Positions 49,147 through 57,436 of a stretch of DNA of 64,000 bases are shown piece by piece (the first letter of the stretch is position 1; each line of letters begins with the position of its first letter). The position numbers and the translations under genes are program-made. Under the pieces are notes generated by a model that saw only the letters and a program-made list of their open reading frames with translations, was not told the DNA's origin and made no database searches. The DNA comes from Candidatus Dojkabacteria bacterium (lineage in GTDB: Bacteria > Patescibacteriota > Dojkabacteria > J137), in the NCBI GenBank assembly GCA_030834985.1, contig JAUQWV010000002.1, forward strand, positions 4,435 through 68,434, given 5' to 3'.

Positions 49147-49176
49147 AGGAGGCTCGGGCCAAAGCCCGAGCCTCCT
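49147..49176 (-). terminator. Perfect 13-bp hairpin after array unit 4
   Basis: AGGAGGCTCGGGC-CAAA-GCCCGAGCCTCCT (plus-strand reading). Confidence 0.7.
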
Positions 49177-49187
49177 TATATGAAGGA

Positions 49188-49451
49188 CTAATTGGCAAGG
49201 TCTTGACTGTCGACAATGTCGGTTAGGAACACAAAACCTTCCACAACTCCTTGTCCTTCCGTGATGTCGATAGCAAGCATTGACTCTACCATTTCATTGC
49301 CGTTGCTATCGTTACCCAGTGTTACTAGGTTGCATGACTTTATCGTATATGATTCTGGCGGTACTGTTCCCGCTTCTTCAAATTCTTTCCCTGAATGAAC
49401 ATAATAAGGGATCTCCTCATCTTCAAGGACTTCAAGCACGAGCGATGCCAT
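49188..49451 (-). CDS. Small acidic SH3-like protein, array unit 4 (87 aa)
   Basis: AAAGGA before ATG; promoter TGATATAAT 49493-49485 abutting the upstream stop codon; ends GFVFLTDI. Confidence 0.78.
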   Translation of the reverse strand: MASLVLEVLEDEEIPYYVHSGKEFEEAGTVPPESYTIKSCNLVTLGNDSNGNEMVESMLAIDITEGQGVVEGFVFLTDIVDSQDLAN

Positions 49452-49493
49452 TATCTTAATCCTTTTCTACTGGGCGATATATTGATTATATCA

Positions 49494-50738
49494 TCAATAA
49501 ATGAATTTTTCGTCATCTTTTTCGTCGTCATAGACAGTTTTGATGACTATCTCCTTTTCTGGGTTTTCTGAAGCATGCATTTCATCCAAAATTTCGTCTG
49601 CTTTTGATCTACGTTTGCCTCGTTTTTTAAGAACAAATACAACAGCAAAGCTAACAAAGATGAAAGCGATTCCAAGAATAAAAGCAAGAACATCTGTTCT
49701 TAAATTACTGAATATTAGAGCTATTGTACATACAACTACCATCATTGCTGTTTCAATAAGGGTTACTGTTTTTTTTGAATAGCCGGCATCCAAAAGCCTA
49801 TGGTGTAAGTGATTTTTATCACTTATCTGTAATATTTTTAACGGAGTTTTAATTAATTCAGGGTTGGATTTAAACCTCATATAAACAACTAAAATACCGT
49901 CTATAATTGGCATTGCTAGTATAATCAATGAAGCTGTCCATTTAGTACTACCCAAAATTGCAAATACTGCCAATAGAAATCCATTAATATAGTCGCCAAT
50001 TGATCCATACATAATTTTTCCTGGTGGATAGTTAAAGGGTAAAACTCCTAAAGTTGCTCCTAAATGGATTCCAATAAGAGCAGCTAACACAATATTTCCA
50101 TTGGCCAGGTTAATTAATAGTAATGTTACTAATGCAATGCTGGTTACGGAGCCATTTAATGCGTCTACACCTCCCACCCAATTAACAACATTAATTAGAC
50201 CTACAATCCATAATATAGTTAGAATATCTGCAGGGAATATAAAGTTATAAGTAAATCCTGCAAATCTAATGATCGTAGAAAACCAGTCAAAATGCAGTTG
50301 AATATCTAAAAAGTTTATTGATGTAATGCTGATTCCTGAAGCAACAACTATTGCAGCAGCTAACAATTGTCCAAGCAGCTGCAGTTTACTGTTTAATTCA
50401 AATTTATCATCTAAAAAGCCTGTAATAGCAATAATTATTATCCCAAGGATTACACCTTTTCCTACAGTAACAAAATCTCGGTTTAAAAATAGAGTAATTA
50501 AAATTGCACTTACAACTGCTAATCCCCCTAGTTTAGGATAAACATATTCATGAATTCTAGTTGCAATTCCTCTTTCACCTTTTGTCCTTAGCCTTGCAGG
50601 AAGATCCAATGCTCCAATTTTTAATGCTAGTTTACCCATTAGTGGGGTAAGAAGGAATGCAATTATAAAAGCAGTCAAAACAATTCCTGCAATTAAACTA
50701 AAATTGTTAGCTATGTATGGATTGGTAAATAAGTCCAT
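49494..50738 (-). CDS. MraY/WecA/TagO family polyprenyl-phosphate sugar-1-phosphate transferase
   Basis: IHEYVYPKLGGLA, GFLDDK, NVVNWVGGVDAL, FNYPPGKIMYGSIG, DKNHLHHRL. Confidence 0.88.
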   Translation of the reverse strand: MDLFTNPYIANNFSLIAGIVLTAFIIAFLLTPLMGKLALKIGALDLPARLRTKGERGIATRIHEYVYPKLGGLAVVSAILITLFLNRDFVTVGKGVILGIIIIAITGFLDDKFELNSKLQLLGQLLAAAIVVASGISITSINFLDIQLHFDWFSTIIRFAGFTYNFIFPADILTILWIVGLINVVNWVGGVDALNGSVTSIALVTLLLINLANGNIVLAALIGIHLGATLGVLPFNYPPGKIMYGSIGDYINGFLLAVFAILGSTKWTASLIILAMPIIDGILVVYMRFKSNPELIKTPLKILQISDKNHLHHRLLDAGYSKKTVTLIETAMMVVVCTIALIFSNLRTDVLAFILGIAFIFVSFAVVFVLKKRGKRRSKADEILDEMHASENPEKEIVIKTVYDDEKDDEKFIY

Positions 50739-50747
50739 TTTGTTATT

Positions 50748-51587
50748 TTAAGTTATTAAAGCGTAAATCTGTAAGGCAGCTATTAGAATTAATGCATTAA
50801 TAAATGTTACCATCCAAGATAATGTTAATGCGAATCTTCTATCTGATCTGAATATTTTTGTTATCACATTAAGCAGAAAACCTTCTATAAGCACTATCAC
50901 AATTCCTGCTATAAATATGATTGATTTATCTGACTGTTCCCATGATTTTTCTACATGATTATAAAAAACGGGGATGCTTAGGGGAATCCTATCAAATTCA
51001 AAAATCCCGCCTATAAATAATATGCCTGCGATTGCTATTAAAGATACGATCATAAAAGGGAGCGCCGGATTCTTCCACAACATAGATATCTCTAGCAGCT
51101 CTTGCCGGCGCTCAAAGTATACTCTAATAAATTCTAGTCTATCCTGCAGGCTTGGCTTTTTAGGAGTAATCTCAAATATCAGCTGATCACGGGATACCGG
51201 TGTGTCATCTATTCGTGTGTGTATTACTCTTTCTTCTTTAGGTATATCGGCTGATATTGGTTGATTTACCAATATAGGTTCTATGAGTTGCGCATCTTGC
51301 TGATTAAAAACCTTGATTCGCCTAGGCCTTGGTTTTGGTTTAACTACATTAGCTGCCTGAGCAAAGGAAGCTCCAAGACTACTAAATAAGCTTTTTTTGG
51401 GTTTTCTTTGTTCTATTTCATTTTCGTATCTATCCTCTTCATACTCGGGCTCGTTTTCAAAAGGCTCTGGTTGAATCTCTGTAAGGCTATCGGTATCTAT
51501 AATTTCATTCTGTTTTCGAGTTTCTTCCTGTTGCTCTTCGGAATCGTCTTCGTATAAAGGGTTTATTAGTGATCTTCTGATTTTCAT
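50748..51587 (-). CDS. Membrane protein with disordered acidic N-terminus and three C-terminal TMs (DUF1648-like)
   Basis: IPLSIPVFYN loop motif after TM1. Confidence 0.6.
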   Translation of the reverse strand: MKIRRSLINPLYEDDSEEQQEETRKQNEIIDTDSLTEIQPEPFENEPEYEEDRYENEIEQRKPKKSLFSSLGASFAQAANVVKPKPRPRRIKVFNQQDAQLIEPILVNQPISADIPKEERVIHTRIDDTPVSRDQLIFEITPKKPSLQDRLEFIRVYFERRQELLEISMLWKNPALPFMIVSLIAIAGILFIGGIFEFDRIPLSIPVFYNHVEKSWEQSDKSIIFIAGIVIVLIEGFLLNVITKIFRSDRRFALTLSWMVTFINALILIAALQIYALIT

Positions 51588-51619
51588 ACTGCCTCATTTT
51601 AACTTAATTTAAGTAAATG

Positions 51620-51674
51620 TGATATAATTCTAGGTAGTTGAAGCTGAATACTTTACTGTGGTTCAGCTTTTTTT
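51620..51674 (+). promoter_or_regulatory. nusA promoter and leader terminator-like hairpin
   Basis: TGATATAAT 51620-51628; AAGCTGAA (51641-51648) pairs with TTCAGCTT (51662-51669), followed by a T run. Confidence 0.6.
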
Positions 51675-51719
51675 GTACTTAATGTACAATGATTTTAGAT
51701 TAGTTATTAAACTTAAAAT

Positions 51720-52844
51720 ATGTCTCAAACAACAGAAATGATGTCTGCAATTAGACAGATTGCAGCAGAACGAAAAATTGATGCTGATGAAATTTTAGAG
51801 GCTATTAAATTCTCTTTAAAAACTGTTTTCATGGATTCCCATGGTATCGACAAAGAGAGTGGAGACTATGTAGAAGTCAATATGGATCCAGAGCAGGGTG
51901 ATCTATCTGTAACTGTAACTAAAGAAGTTGTAGATATACCTAGCAAAAATATTTTAGAAATTAGCCTTGATGAAGCTAAAAAGCTTAAAAAGAATGCTCA
52001 AGTTGGCGATTCTGTTAAAGTTGATGTAACTGGCGATGTAGATTTCGGCAGAATCGCCGCTCAAACCGCTCGTCAGGTAATTTTGCAAAAACTCAGAGAT
52101 TCTGAAAAGGAAGCTGTACTTAGACAGTTTACTGATAAAGTAGGTAAAATTATTAATGTTACAGTTCAAAGAGTATTACCTGAAGGTGATGTGATATGCG
52201 AAGTGGGTAAGGCAAAAGCAATTATGCCAAAAGAAGAGCGGGTAATGACAGAATTTTATAGACTGGGTTCTCAATTAAAAGTTCTCTTAAAGGCTATTGA
52301 CGAAGATATTAAAGGCAAATTTATGCTTATTTCTAGAGCAGATCCTGCATTCTTAGAAGAGCTTTTTGCTATGGAAATTCCAGAAATTGAATCTGGAACT
52401 GTAGAAATTATGAATATAGCTCGAGAAGCAGGTTCTAGATCAAAAGTTGCTGTAAGAAGTGTATCACAAGGTGTAGACCCAATTGGATCATGTGTTGGTC
52501 AAAAAGGTGTAAGAATTAATGCAATTTCTAACGAATTGAAAAATGGTAACTTTGAAGAAAAGATTGATATCATCTTGTGGGATGAAAACATTGAACAGTA
52601 CATAATGAATGCTATTAGACCAGCAAATTCAATAAGAGTAGAGATTACAGATAAAAAAGAAAAGACAGCGTTAATTGTTGTTCCCGATGATGAATTATCA
52701 TTGGCAATAGGTAAAGATGGTCAAAATGCAAGATTAGCATCTAAGCTAACTGGCTGGAATTTAGATATTGAGGGTGAAAGCGGACCTGGATCTAAGGCTT
52801 CAGAGGAAGAAATTCAGGAAGAAGCTACACCTGCTGTTGAGTAA
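51720..52844 (+). CDS. nusA: Transcription termination/antitermination factor NusA
   Basis: FGRIAAQTARQVILQKLR, AREAGSRSKVAV, DPIGSCVGQKG, SLAIGKDGQNARLASKLTGW. Confidence 0.98.
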   Translation: MSQTTEMMSAIRQIAAERKIDADEILEAIKFSLKTVFMDSHGIDKESGDYVEVNMDPEQGDLSVTVTKEVVDIPSKNILEISLDEAKKLKKNAQVGDSVKVDVTGDVDFGRIAAQTARQVILQKLRDSEKEAVLRQFTDKVGKIINVTVQRVLPEGDVICEVGKAKAIMPKEERVMTEFYRLGSQLKVLLKAIDEDIKGKFMLISRADPAFLEELFAMEIPEIESGTVEIMNIAREAGSRSKVAVRSVSQGVDPIGSCVGQKGVRINAISNELKNGNFEEKIDIILWDENIEQYIMNAIRPANSIRVEITDKKEKTALIVVPDDELSLAIGKDGQNARLASKLTGWNLDIEGESGPGSKASEEEIQEEATPAVE

Positions 52845-52848
52845 TTTT

Positions 52849-53199
52849 ATGAGTGTTCCTGTAAGAACCTGTATAGTAACAAAACAACGACATAATAAAT
52901 TTGATATGGTTAGGATAGTCTACTTTAACGACTACGTTAAAGTAGACCCTACTTTTAAAGAAAAGGGCAGAGGAGTTTATGTTCTTCCGGATCTTACAGT
53001 TTTTGACGAAGGAATTTTAAAGCACAGAATTGAACAAGGGTTAAAACTCAAGAGAACACTTGAGCAGGTTGAAGTTCTAAGATTAAAACAAGAATTTGAA
53101 GAAGCTGTAAAATTAAGAGAACAGGAAGCTTTAGAAGAGCATCAGGAAAAAATTGAAGAATTAAGAGCAGAAGAAGAGAATAAGCCGACAAATATTTAA
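52849..53199 (+). CDS. ylxR: YlxR (RnpM)/DUF448 family RNA-binding protein
   Basis: PVRTCIVTK...K..MVRIV...GRGVYV; directly after nusA; ATG 52849. Confidence 0.85.
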   Translation: MSVPVRTCIVTKQRHNKFDMVRIVYFNDYVKVDPTFKEKGRGVYVLPDLTVFDEGILKHRIEQGLKLKRTLEQVEVLRLKQEFEEAVKLREQEALEEHQEKIEELRAEEENKPTNI

Positions 53200-53207
53200 C
53201 AAATACT

Positions 53208-53280
53208 GGCCCTATCGTCTAGTGGTCTAGGACATCACATTCTCAATGTGGTAACCCGGGTTCGAGTCCCGGTAGGGTCA
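53208..53280 (+). tRNA. tRNA-Glu (anticodon CTC), CCA not encoded
   Basis: Acceptor GGCCCTA/TAGGGTC; D arm GTCTAGTGGTCTAGGAC; anticodon loop TTCTCAA; T arm CCGGG-TTCGAGT-CCCGG. Confidence 0.95.
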
Positions 53281-53806
53281 TAATATTGTTTTTCTCAGAT
53301 TTTTCTTCAATTGTTTCGTCTATAAATTCGAACAGTAAAGACTTTTTAATGGTTCGTAATCTGACTTCTGAACTACTATTGAAAAGGATACCTTCTGGAA
53401 AAATTTTAGTAAGAAAACGTCTTTTATTTGTAGGACTGAAGCCCATATACAGTGGTTCGAGGTTTGTAAGAAATAGTTCAGCTTGATTTAACAAAACTTC
53501 GAGCTCATTACGATCAATTAGGTTCTCACTTACTTCTAATTTAGCAACAGCAATTCCATTTATAATTCTACTTAATTCCTCTTTTCCTGCTTCTTCTGGA
53601 AACACTCCCTTCTTTATAAGTTCCATAGTTTTGATTTTATCCTCTTCTAAACTTTGCAGTCTGATTTCAGCTAATCTCCTAGCTACTTCAAAATCTTCGT
53701 GTTCCTTTTCCCATTTTTTTACAACTGTTTCTTTAAAGAATTCAGCATATTCTTTAGTAGGAGTTATAGATCTTAAATATGCTATAGGGAATGAATTTAT
53801 TTTTTG
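53243..53806 (-). pseudogene. C-terminal remnant of a large serine recombinase/integrase reading into the tRNA
   Basis: Frame open to 53806 with no catalytic N-domain; LRSITP..F..W, coiled coil, FLTNL..KRRFLTKIFPEGI; last codons TLPGLEPGLPH are the antisense of the tRNA 3' half. Confidence 0.6.
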
Positions 53807-53975
53807 TTACTTAGATTAACTAAGTAAAAACAACTTTAGTTGATTATAAGGTATTAGATAAATGAAAATTATTAAAATTGAATAGTTACCTTAATTTTTA
53901 AAAATTAAATATGGCAGATCCAATTTCAAATCACCATATTTCCGATCACTATCATCTGATATAGAACTTGATTTT

Positions 53976-54365
53976 ATGAATAAAGAAGAGGTGTTGAATA
54001 ATTTGAATACAATTATAAACTTATTACATGAAAGGAAAATAATACCGAGCAATCAGGTAATACTTTGGTCATTACAGCTTGCAGGAATTAAACATTTCGG
54101 TAATGATTTCAACTTCCATAATTCCATGTACTCAACATTAAATGATTTATCTATTAAGAATGATATTAATTCAATGCAAATAACACTACCTAAACAGGAT
54201 GGATCTAATTTTATTGAATTTGATAAGGTGAAAAGTTATCATATACAACAATACAAAGATAGGAAAAGAATTGTAAAGACTCAAACAAAAAAATCAAGGG
54301 TAAATGATATTCCCAACTTATACTTACATTTGATGGAATTAGAGAAAATTCAAATGGTGAATTAG
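53976..54365 (+). CDS. Hypothetical protein, possibly truncated island cargo
   Basis: 129-aa AT-rich ORF whose 3' end overlaps a NUDIX fragment in another frame. Confidence 0.45.
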   Translation: MNKEEVLNNLNTIINLLHERKIIPSNQVILWSLQLAGIKHFGNDFNFHNSMYSTLNDLSIKNDINSMQITLPKQDGSNFIEFDKVKSYHIQQYKDRKRIVKTQTKKSRVNDIPNLYLHLMELEKIQMVN

Positions 54366-54469
54366 AATTTCTATTAACGAAAAGATTAAAGCATACTTTC
54401 TATGGAAAGATTGCTGAACTTACAGGGAAAATAAGATTTGGAGAAGACTTTGAAGAAGCAGCAAGGTAA
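54308..54469 (+). pseudogene. NUDIX hydrolase internal fragment
   Basis: Startless frame GIRENSNGELEFLLTKRLKHTFYGKIAELTGKIRFGEDFEEAAR*; stops inside the Nudix box (G-x5-E-x7-RE). Confidence 0.6.
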
Positions 54470-54630
54470 AAGGCGATTTTAATAACGATAAAATTGTAAA
54501 TTTATCTGACTTAAGTATATTAGCTACATATTGGAATCAAAATTCAAGTGTTGCTGATGCAAACAACGATAATGTTGTAAATATATCTGATCTAAGCATC
54601 TTGGCTCAAAACTGGATGCAGGGTTTTTAA
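54466..54630 (+). pseudogene. Orphan dockerin-like C-terminal module
   Basis: VKGDFNNDKIVNLSDLSILATYWNQNSSVADANNDNVVNISDLSILAQNWMQGF*; in-frame TGA five codons upstream and no ATG. Confidence 0.8.
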
Positions 54631-54633
54631 ATA

Positions 54634-57393
54634 ATGAAATACATAAAAGTCATAATAACTTTTATTTTTATAGTAATTTTAAGTGCGGCGCCGCTTAATC
54701 TTTATCCAAATTTATTAGCGGAGAGCGCCGTGCGTGGAGTTCCTGGTGATGGCTGGGCCGATGTAATAATCGGCCAGCCTGATTTTTCAGAAGTCTCACC
54801 GTATTCGGTTGTTTCAACTATGATGCATCTTCCTCACGGAGTCTATATTGATACTAATAATCCACTAGATAATAAGATGTATGTTTCAGATGCAGGGAAT
54901 AACAGAATATTAGGTTATAACCTTGCAGAGTGTTTGGAATCAGAAACAAATCCTTTAAATTGTGAACCAAACATAATAATAGGACAGCCAAGTGCGAATA
55001 CATCTGCATGTAATGGAGATTCTGCATATCAAAATTACCCAATACGTGCGCCGGCAACTGCATCTACACTTTGTTTATTGCAAGAAGATCAGCTTTCAAT
55101 TTCAGAAGGCGGCTCTGGCGCAAGTATGGCGGTTGATAGTCAAGGTAATTTATATTTCCCTGACTTTTGGAATAATAGGGTCTTAAAATATAATGCTCCC
55201 CTTTCAGAAGACACAAGTGCCGGTAAAGGAGACGCAATTGCAGATGAAGTCTGGGGGCAGGCTGATTTTACAGGAATACTTTGTAATCGTGGACTTGCGC
55301 AGCCAGCTGCTAATACTTTATGTTTTAGCTGGGGTAATTCAAATAACTGGACAGCAGGTGTAGATATAGATAGTCAGGATAATTTATGGATAGTTGATAG
55401 TGGTAATAATAGAGTTTTAAGATTTAATAATACTTCCGGTTCAATTAGTAAAACTCCAAGCCTAGTTTTAGGACAATCAAATTATACAAGTGCTACATCT
55501 GGAAGTACATTAAGCAAGCTTAGAGATCCTAATGCTGTTAGAGTTAACGATGATGGTGTAGTTTACGTTTCAGAAAGATACAATAATAGAATTCTTAAAT
55601 TCAGTCCACCTCTAACTAATGGAATGAGCGGGTCAACTTTTGGTTCAGGGTTTAATGCGCCATCAGGAGTAGATTTTGACCCCACAGAACCAGACAGCTT
55701 ATGGATATCTAATACTAACGATAATTCATTAGAATTATGGAGTGAAAATTCAGGTACTCTTGTTAGAACATTAGGCGGTGCAGATGGAAATATCATAGGA
55801 GATGTTACGGGCTCTATTGGAGTGGATTCAGAAGGTAATGTTTATGCAGCAACGGGATTAGGTAATTACAATAATACAGTAATTATATTTGAAAAAGATG
55901 GTGATGATGTTATTCCTTCCACTACTTTAACTCAGCCAACATCAGTAGGTAATTTTAAGGATATTAATCAATTAGCTGTTGGCAGAGGGTTGGCTGTTAC
56001 TGAAGATCAAGTTATTGTTGCAGATCAAGATAGGATAATGTTCTGGAATACTCCAAATGGTATAACAGATCTATATACAGGAAAGCCGGCAGATGGAACG
56101 GTTAGCAGGCCTACGGAAGACTACGGACCTTGCTGTATGTATCTTAAAACTGACGAAGATGGACACTTATACACATCTTTTGGCACGCATAATCTGCCGG
56201 CTAGAATTGCGGTATACAATCTGCCGCTTACACAGGGTGAAATACCATTTAAGGAAATCGCATTTCCTTTGAATCTTTTAGGCGGAGGAACAATACAAGC
56301 TGGACCATCTTATTCTGACGGTATTCCAGGCTTTTTGCCCACACCACATTCGGAGTTCTTATGGGTTTCGACAAGTATGTATAACAGAGTAGTAAGAATA
56401 CGTGATCCTTTAGGTGTTAGTCCGGTAGTTGATTATGTAATAGGGCAAACTAACGCTACTAATAACCAATGTAATCGAGGAGGCAACCCTGTAAGTGGAG
56501 CAACAAGTGTGACTATATGTAATGCAGGTGCATTAGCGCTTGATCGGTTTGGAAACTTTTATCTAGCTGATCACTGGCTAGAAGCATATGGCAATAATAG
56601 AACTTTAATATACTTAAACGGGACCTTGCCTACCGATAACACATCAGTTATTTATAATATTATTGCACCGGACGTAATTGTTCAGAATATTGCTATGTGG
56701 GAGCCAGCATTTGATTCGCAAAACCGGATGGTAGTAGGTTTTAATCCTTATTGGACAGGAACACCTTTTCCGATAGAAGATAGATGGTTTCCTGCGGTAT
56801 ATGAAGATATCATTGATTCAGGCAGTGGAACTCCGGATTATTTCCTAAAAGATTACCATTCTATGGTATTTAACGCAGCTTTTGATGAAGATGATAACCT
56901 TTATATTACAGATTTAAATCGAGGTAGAGTTCTAATATACTTGGCGCCACTTGCCGATAATAATCCCCAACTAACGCAAGTCACTCCAGTACCATCAGTA
57001 GTTTCTGATAGAACCCCTAATTATACTTTCCATACAGATAAAGCAGGTACTTTAACGTATGGAGGTGATTGTTCAAGTTCAGTTACAAACGCAGTAATAG
57101 GAAACAACACTATTACATTTAATACTTTATCTATTGGTATTCACTCTAACTGTACAATAAGGCTTACAGATAGTCAGGATTATCAAAGTAACATCTTAAA
57201 TGTAAACACATTTACTATTAGCTTTAAATCCCGGGGAGATTTCAACAGCGATGGCAATATTAACTTATCTGATCTAAGTATACTTGCTACATATTGGATG
57301 AAATCTAATACAGCTGCAGATGCTAACAATGATAATTCTGTAAATATATCTGACTTAAGCATTCTAGCTCAATACTGGATGCAAAATTTTTAA
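54634..57393 (+). CDS. Secreted NHL-repeat beta-propeller protein with Ig-like domain and dockerin
   Basis: Signal peptide; repeated YVSDAGNNRIL, DFWNNRVLKY, VDSGNNRVL; V.GQ.DF motifs; dockerin C-terminus. Confidence 0.88.
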   Translation: MKYIKVIITFIFIVILSAAPLNLYPNLLAESAVRGVPGDGWADVIIGQPDFSEVSPYSVVSTMMHLPHGVYIDTNNPLDNKMYVSDAGNNRILGYNLAECLESETNPLNCEPNIIIGQPSANTSACNGDSAYQNYPIRAPATASTLCLLQEDQLSISEGGSGASMAVDSQGNLYFPDFWNNRVLKYNAPLSEDTSAGKGDAIADEVWGQADFTGILCNRGLAQPAANTLCFSWGNSNNWTAGVDIDSQDNLWIVDSGNNRVLRFNNTSGSISKTPSLVLGQSNYTSATSGSTLSKLRDPNAVRVNDDGVVYVSERYNNRILKFSPPLTNGMSGSTFGSGFNAPSGVDFDPTEPDSLWISNTNDNSLELWSENSGTLVRTLGGADGNIIGDVTGSIGVDSEGNVYAATGLGNYNNTVIIFEKDGDDVIPSTTLTQPTSVGNFKDINQLAVGRGLAVTEDQVIVADQDRIMFWNTPNGITDLYTGKPADGTVSRPTEDYGPCCMYLKTDEDGHLYTSFGTHNLPARIAVYNLPLTQGEIPFKEIAFPLNLLGGGTIQAGPSYSDGIPGFLPTPHSEFLWVSTSMYNRVVRIRDPLGVSPVVDYVIGQTNATNNQCNRGGNPVSGATSVTICNAGALALDRFGNFYLADHWLEAYGNNRTLIYLNGTLPTDNTSVIYNIIAPDVIVQNIAMWEPAFDSQNRMVVGFNPYWTGTPFPIEDRWFPAVYEDIIDSGSGTPDYFLKDYHSMVFNAAFDEDDNLYITDLNRGRVLIYLAPLADNNPQLTQVTPVPSVVSDRTPNYTFHTDKAGTLTYGGDCSSSVTNAVIGNNTITFNTLSIGIHSNCTIRLTDSQDYQSNILNVNTFTISFKSRGDFNSDGNINLSDLSILATYWMKSNTAADANNDNSVNISDLSILAQYWMQNF

Positions 57394-57436
57394 TTTTGCT
57401 GTAAATTATCTTTATTACTTATTATCTCCTCTTCCT

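Noticed and set aside
48008-49176. Array hairpins as integron attC sites
   Set aside because: No consistent RYYYAAC/GTTRRRY boxes or extrahelical bases, the stems are short and perfect, each gene has its own promoter, and no integron integrase is in the window.
48745-49398. Alternative ORFs 48745..48951(-), 48816..49091(+) and 49216..49398(+)
   Set aside because: They overlap SD-supported array genes or run through the hairpins, and have no initiation signals.
49491-49496. Tandem TGA as a sign of recoding (code 25 or selenocysteine)
   Set aside because: Long genes translate fully in code 11 with no internal TGA, and the second TGA is part of the next gene's extended -10.
54308-54630. Programmed frameshift joining the NUDIX fragment to the dockerin
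   Set aside because: No slippery heptamer, no start for the NUDIX frame, and the Nudix box is truncated; a deletion junction is simpler.
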